NCBI GenBank assembly: GCA_951406725.2
Contig: OX597823.1
Span: 15,438,001-15,502,000 of the forward strand
Direction: 5' to 3'
Length of the DNA stretch: 64,000 nt
From: Octopus vulgaris
Lineage: Eukaryota
Under the pieces are notes generated by a model. That model did no database searches. It was not told where the DNA came from and worked only from the letters and a program-made list of their open reading frames with translations. A program made the translations under genes and the position numbers. Within the stretch, counting starts at the first letter, position 1, and every line of letters begins with the position of its first letter. Below, one piece after another: positions 53,933-64,000 of this stretch.

Positions 53933-54953
53933 GCGATGATGCTGATGAGGATGATGAGGATGATGACGATGACGATGACAACGATGGTGATGATAATGAT
54001 AATGAGGGTAATTTCTTGCATTGGCACAGGGCCACAAATTTATAGGGGGTCAGGGATGTAGTTGATTGGATCAACCTGGAACTCATTTTCTCGAAACCTT
54101 GGAGGAACATTGCACAAAGTCTACCTCAGAAGGATTTGAACTAAGACTGTAGAGGGATAAAACTAAGCACTATAAAATATTTCATCCAACTTTCTTACTG
54201 TTTCTGCAAACTCAGCACCCTCAGTAATAATAATGATAATAATTTTTTTTTTTTTCTTCTTTACATAGGCACAAAGGCCTCAAATTTCAGTGAGGGATTT
54301 AGTCAAATCAACATCAGTACTTGACAGGTACTTTTATCAAATCAACCTATCAACCCCCAGAAAAATGAAAGCAAAGTTGGCCTCAGTGAGATTTTGAACT
54401 CAGAACGTAAAGGACTGCAGGTAAATGCTGCAAAATATTTCGTCAAACGCTTTAACAATTCAATCGAATTCAAATACAGGCAACGAGGCCTCAGATTAGT
54501 AAGGGGAAAGGAAATGAGACGGTGTGACGTTCATGCTGTTTTCACAGTACTGATCATCACAAGTTAAACTGACCTTGAATGAGGAATCAAAAACCTGACA
54601 ACAGATTGAACTTTACAAGATTTTAACCTTCTCTACTCTGCAGCATTTACCACCAACATTAATAATAATAATTATTATTATTATTATTATTATTACTAAT
54701 TATTATTATTATCATTATTATTAATATTACTATTATTATTATTATTCCCAGTTTCTTACACAGGCCCAAAGACAACTATAGAAGATACCCATACTGTTCA
54801 GTTAATCAGCTAAAAACAGATTTACTAAGATGGTAACAAGCCAACACGTTTTGAGGAAGATTTATACCAATTCATGGCTGCTACTTATTCTAGCAAACCC
54901 TTGAAGGGATGTAAGTTAAAGTCAACCACGGCAAGCTTTGGGTAATAATGTTG

Positions 54954-54986
<33 letters not shown>

Positions 54987-55456
54987 TGGTCTTTCATAGA
55001 AACATGGCCAATTTTGTAGAGGATGCAATGTGTATAGATGCCTGAATCAACTACAGCAATAGTAGTCATAGTAGTAGTAGTAAGTAAGTAAATAAAGCCA
55101 TAAATTTGGGAGGATGGGTTGCCCAAGTAAGTCAACCGCATTAATTTGACTGGTACTTTATTTTATGGACATCAGAAGGATGAAAGGCAAAATTGATATC
55201 AGCGAAATTCAAACTTAATAATAATAGTAATTATAATAATAATAATAATATTTTCTTTAATAATGATAATAATCACTAGTAATAGAAATAGAAGAGAAAT
55301 TAAAAGACAAACAAAATCATGAGACTTTATGAAAACCAAAAACAACAAAATTACCAACAAAAACAGGAAGGTTGGGTGTGAGGCTCCCTAAACAAAGCTG
55401 GTTATATATGCTGGTTTATACAATATGTACAAGCATAAAACACTTCTTAATTAAAC

Positions 55457-55498
<42 letters not shown>

Positions 55499-55729
55499 CA
55501 TTTTAGGTGGGGGGCGGAGGAGAAGGTTTTATATCTTTTTTTCTTCCAGTTGGGAATAGGTAAGTTTTGTTTTTATATTCTTTTTGTTAAACCCATCAAC
55601 AACAACAACAACAACAACAAGGAATATAGATTTAAATTATAAACAAACAGAGAAAAAAAAAAAGAAAATGAAAATTTAAAAGAAAACAACATGAATAAAA
55701 GAATCAAATAAAAACAGTGCCATCAATGA

Positions 55730-56800
<1,071 letters not shown>

Positions 56801-57156
56801 AAAATTAAACAATAATTGAAGATATTGATGTTAGCGACATGTAAATAGCAGTGGTATATGTCAAGTGTGTGTATGTGTGTCTATGTTTCATGATAAGAAA
56901 TGAAGCAAATTTCAATGTAAATTTAGCAAGTAGTAGTAGCAGCAGCAGCAGTAATTTCTTACATTAACAATGTGTTTCGACTAGGCACCAGGCCCATCTC
57001 TTTGAATGCAACAGTCAACTTATTTAAACCAGTGTGCAGGTAATGACAATGAAAAGGTTTATTTGTTTAATTAAGATACTCGAATGAGGGCAAGAAATCT
57101 GATACTATACAGAATACAGTAAAAATTGTGTGCATGTGTGTGTGTCCCCGTCTATT

Positions 57157-57217
<61 letters not shown>

Positions 57218-57278
57218 ACTCATTTGTCTTTGTATTTCATGTTGTTTACTGTTTGTGATGCCCAGCACCCATATATGC

Positions 57279-57309
<31 letters not shown>

Positions 57310-57752
57310 TGTGTGAGTAAGTATATGTGTGTGTGTGTGTATATATGTATATATATATATATATATATTTATGTTATTATATATATATATATATATATTT
57401 ATGTTTATATATATAGTATTTATATATATATACACACACACACACACCATCTATATACACACACACCTTTCAATCTATCTGCATACATACACACAGACCC
57501 ACATTTGAGCTTTGGCCTAAATTTGAGTAAAGGTGGTTATCTCAAATTTGAAACAATAAACACTCTCCGTCAACCTGAAAGGTTGCCTTTGGTGGTTAAC
57601 ACAAGAATGAGAAAACCTGTTTCTGAGGGCTGAACAGCTTCTCCATGCCAAATTCTTAAATTCTTCACTCCCTTACTCACATCATCCTCAAAAACCAACC
57701 ACCCCACTCATGTTTGAAAATGCCTCTCTCTCTCTGTCTGACTCTCACTCAC

Positions 57753-57791
<39 letters not shown>

Positions 57792-57963
57792 GTCTCACAG
57801 AGATTTTGCCCAACAACTGTTATTTATATCCAAGCATGTGTAACATCATAAATCTATCAATTGGCTTTGACGTCAACCTGACACTGCCTGTCGTTAAACT
57901 TGAATGCCTTGGTCATCTTGTTCTGACCAACCATTTTGTGCTATGCATTAAACCAGTGTTTTT

Positions 57964-58024
<61 letters not shown>

Positions 58025-58852
58025 CATGCTATGTTATTACATTATTAATATATTATTATTATTTTTATTTTTTTTTATCTAGTTTCAGCTCAAGAGCTGT
58101 GGCCATGCTGGGGCACCGCCATTTACTATATCTGATTTTTTTTTTTTTAAACTTGTACTTCTTACAGAGTCCACTGTTATTGTACACTTTGTTACTGTAC
58201 ACATTGCATAATGATGTCACAACATAACAGAAGTTGTAGCTGCTTCCATCACTGGGTCAATGAATGCGTTTTTTATGTTGTTTTACTGTTAATTAAACTG
58301 ACTGCTTAGAATATAGTCGAGGGTGGGGGGAAAATAGAAAAACTAAACCTGTTGTTAATACAACCAGATGGACACCCAAATCTACAAGACAGACAAACAT
58401 GAGAAACAGAGACACAGGTAGCCACAACCACAGCCCAACAACAGTGTGAACGTTTTGTAAATATCGGCATCAGCAGCCATTATCAAAATCCAAAGAAGGA
58501 ACAACAAAAACAAACGAAAAAAATCATCATTTTCTTTGTTTTCTTTTTCTTTCTTTCTTAAAAGAGGGAGTGGGTGTCAGTTTTTTTCTTTATATTTTTC
58601 GTTTCTTTTTTTGCCTAATTTTCTTTTTTATTTAATTTTTTTGCAGCAGTAGCAGTGATGAGACAAAAGAGTGGGGGGGGCTCATAAATTGAAAAGAGAA
58701 AAAAAACATTTTAAATATGGATACATATATATACATATATATATGCATACATGTATATAAGAAGAGAGCAAGAGAGAGAGAGAGCGCGGTGGTAATTAAA
58801 GTTACAAGTCAGTGTATGTGTGAATTGGTATATATGTCTGTGTGTAGATATA

Positions 58853-58912
<60 letters not shown>

Positions 58913-59231
58913 ATTTGTGAAAAAAAGTTTGGATGGAGGAAGAAATAACAAAATAAAAACTTGGAAAAAAAAAAAGTTGCTTCTATTGGACACCCCTCTA
59001 CCCACCATCCAGTAACACGTAGATTGTTATAGTCCGATGTAGTTTTGTTTGTGTGTATCTTTTGCAGAACCACAGAGACAGACAGATAAACAGACAGAGA
59101 TAGACAGACAAATAAAAACAAGAGGAAGGGAGGGATGGTAATGGTCCAAGTCCCTCTCCCTCCAGTCACCCACCATCTCCTTTTTTTTTTTTGCTTTTTT
59201 TTTTTCTCTCTTTTTATGTATTTCCCCACCA

Positions 59232-59413
59232 CTACTCAATTGAACGCTCAATGAATTCCAAGAACCTCTTGGCATACTGATCAGGGCGCACTGTTGAGAT
59301 CTCGGCACCAGAACCGTGTTTTACAGTCTTTGCAGCCTGAGCAGTCCGTTTCTTCATGCCGTACTTCGTAAGGATGTCTATCATAGCCAAGAAATAAATG
59401 ATTTGTTTGTCTT
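59232..59413 (-). CDS. PIP4K2: Phosphatidylinositol 5-phosphate 4-kinase type-2, last coding exon
   Basis: Acceptor TTTTTTTGCAG|AA (phase 1); [62 protein letters not shown], with the type-II activation loop [21 protein letters not shown]. Confidence 0.93.
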
Positions 59414-59525
59414 CTGCAAAAAAAGAAAAAAGTAGTAACAGGTCAATGAAATTCAGCATATTATTATTATTATTACTATTTTTATTATTGTTATTATTCA
59501 TAGTTTGATAAATATATCAACACAT

Positions 59526-59855
59526 ATTTTGTTTTTGGATTTGGTTTGCAAGAATATTTATGTGAGTTTGTGTGTTGAAGCATATTCTGTTGTGTCTGGG
59601 GACAGTCATCCCCTTTTTGTGCCTTATAATTTAACACACTCACGGGTAAAATTTCCACTTATTTCTTATTTTTATTTTCTTTAAATTTTTTCGTTGCATC
59701 TTGCAACCTTTTCAATAGTCTTGAAAAGGTTGCAGGATGCAACAAAAAAATTTTAAGAAAATAAAAATAAGGAAATAAGTGGAAATTTTACCGGTGAGTG
59801 TGTTAAATTATAAGGCACAAAAAGAAAATGACTCTCCCCAGACACAACAGAGTAT
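59526..59855. mobile_element. Asymmetric fold-back insertion in the last PIP4K2 intron
   Basis: Arms about 59582-59715 and 59721-59855; direct repeat TATATCAACACAT at 59513-59525 and 59853-59865. Confidence 0.75.
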
Positions 59856-60822
59856 ATCAACACATTTCTTTTGAAACACATGAAGAACAGGATAATTCTT
59901 AGAAAACATACATAAAATTGCTTCAAGTCAACATATATATATGTATATGTTCAAAGAATACACTAAGCATATTTACAAAACCTAGCATTATCATCTTCTA
60001 AAATGGGTATGTCTATCCTTATACGTAATCATTGAATATCCTTATAAAACCTGTTGTACAAATTACAAAGAGGAAACGAGCACCATCAGGATCTGCCATA
60101 ATGTTAAATTAAAAGTCAACACTAAGTCAGTGTAATTCTTTACAACAGTCACTTGCTATTACTATGTTAATTACTTAGAACATTATTGCCATGTGAGCAA
60201 CAGAAATTGGTGTGAGGCTTGTTATAACATTCAAATAATGCAAGCAATAACTCTCAAAGTGCTTTTGATTATCATGTGATCATCATCATCCTCATCATTT
60301 AACATCCGCTTCTCATGTTGGGCATGGGTGGGATGGTTTGACAGGAGCCAGTGAGGCAGAAGCCTGCACCGGGCTTCTGTAGCTATTTTGGCAGGATTTT
60401 TACAGCTGGATGCCCTTCTTAACACCAACCACCCAGCAGACAAAATACAGCCGCAAAATATATATATATATATATATTTATACACTGCAATAAAGATAAT
60501 CTTTTGTAATTTGTGTAACTTTGTGCTATAATGTAATTCTCTTAAGGCATTGATCAACTTTTATTGTTAGTACTGATTTTGTGCCATCCTTCGGCAATTG
60601 TTAAATACCAGGCTGAATCAACTACACTTCCCCACTCCCTATAAAAATCATAATCTGTAGCCTTGTACATAAATCACAACAGATTAATGTTATTTAGTTT
60701 ATCTGAGTTGATATACCAAAAAGTAGTTCAGTACTAGGGTTGAATTTCTTGACTACACACACCCAGAAAATGTTTGGCTCTAGTTCTAAGAAATCACTAT
60801 TAGAAAAGGCAGCAGGCATAAA

Positions 60823-61447
60823 TCATCATCATCATCGTCGTCGTTTAACGTCCGTTTTCCATGCTAGCATGGGTTGGATGGTTCAACCAGGGTCTGGGAA
60901 GCCAGGAGGCTGTACCAGGCTCCAGTCTGATCTGGCAGTATTTCTACAGCTGGATGCCCTTCCTAACGCCAACCACTCCGTGAGTGTAGTGGGTGCTTTT
61001 TACATGCCACCAGAACAGGGGCCAGAGGAGGCTGGCAACAGCCATGATCAGTTGGTGCTTAATACATGCCACCGGCACAGATGCCAATCAAGGCGGTGCT
61101 GGCATCAGCCATGTTCGGATGGTGCTTTTTACATGCCACCAGCACGGGTATCACAACTACAATTTCCATTTGATTTTTATCCTGATGTTGATGTACTTCA
61201 CTCAATAGGTTTCCTCAAGCACAGCAGGTCACCATACAATCCAAGGTAAGCACAGCAGGCTGTCCTGCAAACCATGAACTCACTTCATTTGTCGGGTCTT
61301 CACAGTCACAGCATATCTCCAGAGGTTTCAGTCTTCCGTCATTGCCTCTGTGAGGCCCAACGTGCCACCGGCACGGGTATCACAACTACAATCTCCATTT
61401 GATTTTTATTTTGATGTTGATGTACTTGACTCAATAGGTCTCCTCAA
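60823..61447 (-). mobile_element. RTE LINE 3' fragment with (GAT)n tail
   Basis: LGLTEAMTED*NLWRYAVTVKTRQMK* (DRxxWR-like RTE terminus) at about 61361-61281; about 85 bp of the 3' UTR duplicated at 61363-61448. Confidence 0.75.
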
Positions 61448-61854
61448 GACCTATTTCTAAATGAATACATATTTTGTTTTGCTCTCTACATTCTAAATAC
61501 AAGAGTTCAAATCCAAACAGAATCAAAAATAAAGGTACCAGACATGTACTAAGACCAATATAAATCACTATAATCCTCTCAAAAAATCTGTAATGTCATT
61601 ATAAAAAAATATTAAAAATCAAAGTTTTGTAAAATATAAAGATTTGTGTGTGTGAGTGTGTTTTAGTAGAGGAAAAATGAGTTCTTTTTTTGTTCTAGGT
61701 GAATGCTTAGAAATATCACATCAATACACACATACTTACATAGATACATATAAGACAAAAAGAGAAAGGAGAGAGGTGTGACAAATATATAAAAATGCAA
61801 ACTTAAAAGCAGAAAAACAGTTTAATTTTCGATAATTTTTAACATTTTTATTAC

Positions 61855-62143
61855 CTTTCCCGCTTTTTATACCAAAAATCTCAATTTTGGGATCAACCTC
61901 TCCGGTGAATGGTTGTCCAACGAATGTTTGGGGGCTATCGGGTGGAGTAGGTACACTTCCCATCACATCATTAATTTCTTCCTCTTCTAGAAGTCCATCG
62001 TCAGCTTCACCGTCAGCATTTTCTCCGTTCTCTGCCTCTGCTTCAGCCTCTAGCTGAGCTTCAAATGCTTCCTGTTCAGCTTTCTCACAGTCATGAATAC
62101 CAACAATTAAACTATAATCCATCAAGTGTAAACCGGCAAGAAA
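61855..62143 (-). CDS. PIP4K2: Phosphatidylinositol 5-phosphate 4-kinase type-2, penultimate coding exon
   Basis: CTTCTAG|FLAGLHLMDYSLIVGIHD, acidic insert, TPPDSP, ..FGIKSGK-G|GTAAT; 289 nt, phase matches the next exon; upstream exons not found in the window. Confidence 0.92.
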
Positions 62144-62287
62144 CTAGAAGGGAACAAAGAAACAAAACAAAGAAGTAAAGTAAGACGTTCTCTTCAACAA
62201 AGAACAAAAACTGGTCGATGTAAGTTTGAACAACATTGTCAATTCTAAGAGTAAACTCTGACAGCAGATAGTAAACAACAACTTTAA

Positions 62288-62508
62288 CCCTTTAGCATTT
62301 AAACCGGCCATATCCGGCCAAAAGTATTCTGCCTGTTTTATGTTCAAACTGGCCAGATCTGGTCTCTCACACCAACCCTACAATATCGTTTTAAAAATTA
62401 ACAGCTACCTCATCAAAATCTCATAGCTACGAGATAATGCCTGATTAGTTCAAAACAAGGTGGATGAAGAAGCATTAATTTTGGCAGAATAATGCGAACA
62501 CTAAAGGG
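62288..62508. mobile_element. piggyBac-type MITE
   Basis: TTAA|CCCTTTAG ... CTAAAGGG|TTAA. Confidence 0.8.
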
Positions 62509-63060
62509 TTAAAAGGGTTGGAGGCTCTACATTTCTGAATTCAAGTCTCATTACAAGCTCTATAGATTCATAACATATACTGGAAATCAATGAAATCAAA
62601 TAAAATAAGAAACAAGTATGGACTGACATCAACATAATTATAATCCTCCTCTATGAATTTACAGTTCTCTTAATGTAAGAAACAGTAGAATAGCTAATTA
62701 AATACTTCAGTAATTTGTTGCATTCCTTGATATTATGAGTTCGAACGTGATCAAATAATTACCAGTTGTGTAATGGGATCTGGGTTTTGTCATGTTCAGC
62801 CATTGAAAAAGAAGATTGTGAATCCATATACTAAAAGATGTGACTTATTTCCCCTTCATTTTGTCAATAAATGCTCAGCTGAACAGAAAACCATTTTCCC
62901 CTTCTTTTGCCCAAATTTATGCAGGTGTTCAAATTGATTCTAGTAAAATGAATGATATTGAAAGCTTTTGCAGGTGAAACAGAGCAAGATTTCAAAAGAG
63001 CTGTATGCATTCATTTGGAGAATTTCTGTCTCCACTTATGCTCTGGTGTCTGTATGTATG

Positions 63061-63093
<33 letters not shown>

Positions 63094-63100
<7 letters not shown>

Positions 63101-63470
63101 ACAAGATAAGGGCAGTAGAAAAATTCTCGATAACCATTATAATTTATGTGTCTCCATGGGTATGAGTAAGTATTTCATTTATATCTCGCGTATTTGCCGC
63201 TGAAGAGGGGGAAATTTCTTATGAATTAACCCCGAAATTGGATCAATACGGTAATAACGAATTTTTTAGAGATTTCTATCGGTTTGTTTCAAGACGCATA
63301 AATTATAATGGTTATCGACAATTTTTTGTTTCGACATATTTGGCATTAGAATTTTTCTACTGCCCTTATCTTGTAAATTATGTATAAATTTTACCTTTAA
63401 AGGCATTTTTTGATATGCTGGCCATTGATAAAATTTTTTTCCCAAAAAAAATTTTATCCTATGTATGTAT
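63094..63470 (+). mobile_element. Non-coding Penelope-type unit with inverted 5' partial copy
   Basis: 63094-63127 is the reverse complement of 63348-63381, and 63128-63153 of 63292-63317; starts at (TA)n; contains a hammerhead; right boundary approximate. Confidence 0.65.
63194..63254 (+). ncRNA. Type-I hammerhead ribozyme
   Basis: Stem I TTGCCG/CGGTAA; core CTGAAGA; stem II GGGG/CCCC; GAAA; stem III TTG-GAT-CAA; AUA triplet. Confidence 0.82.
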
Positions 63471-64000
63471 GTATTTGTATGTGTGGATGAGTTTTCTTAT
63501 TACACATCTCTGCCTACACATTTTGCAAACACCTCATTCTGTCTTTCCTTTATTGTTACTAAAGCTCTTATAATGCATCTAGGCTTTTTTTTATCAATTT
63601 ACTTTGGCCTACATTATGAACAGAGTTTTTAAGAATAATTTACTCTTGCCAGCCCAGATCTAGCTTATGCTTCAATCCAGCCCACAGAGCCAAAAGAGTT
63701 TGATACCTCTATCCTAGATATGAGAACGTTGCTTGAGAGAAAGAGAAGAAGTGAGCGAGAGAGGGATTGGTATCTCCTCCAGGAAGAGATATATCATCTA
63801 TCAATTGCTTCACACTAAGAAATCAAAAGTAAATACTGACACTTAACAACAATTGCAGTCTCTTCCTGGTATTAAAGTCACTCCCCTCTGGTGAAGAGGA
63901 TTGGCTTTCAAGAGTTCTGTGTCAGTACCACATAAAAAGCACTCAGCACACTCTGTAAAGTGGTTGACATTAGGAAGGGCATCCAACAACAGAAACCGTG

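Noticed and set aside
59414-59501. N-terminal MNNNN... part of the 89-aa ORF
   Set aside because: Intronic read-through upstream of the AG acceptor at 59415-59414

Overview
This is eukaryotic, AT-rich, microsatellite-saturated DNA; the SINE and simple-repeat content suggests a cephalopod (Octopus-like) genome, which is my inference. Almost all short ORFs in the track are translations of (TA)n, (CA)n, (TACA)n, (GATA)n or (ATT)n repeats, or of SINEs. The one host gene I can support is the last two coding exons of a minus-strand PIP4K2-type PI5P 4-kinase (62143-61855 and 59413-59232). Retroelements: a 5'-truncated but open L1/Tx1-clade LINE, a Penelope-like GIY-YIG fragment, R4/Dong-type RLE LINE pieces, RTE LINEs (one internally deleted, with three C2H2 fingers), CR1 3' ends, a decayed Gypsy and many tRNA-derived SINEs. 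DNA transposons: a pogo element, a Merlin transposase relic, several MITEs and a small Helitron. The most notable signal is a set of type-I hammerhead ribozyme motifs with tiny, mostly palindromic stem III (2248-2333, 4162-4222, 63194-63254, and a mirrored U4C-variant pair at 347-384/450-487). They lie in Penelope-type terminal repeats or in small non-coding fold-back units in (TA)n arrays. A second pattern is that each retroelement family adjoins its own microsatellite type.
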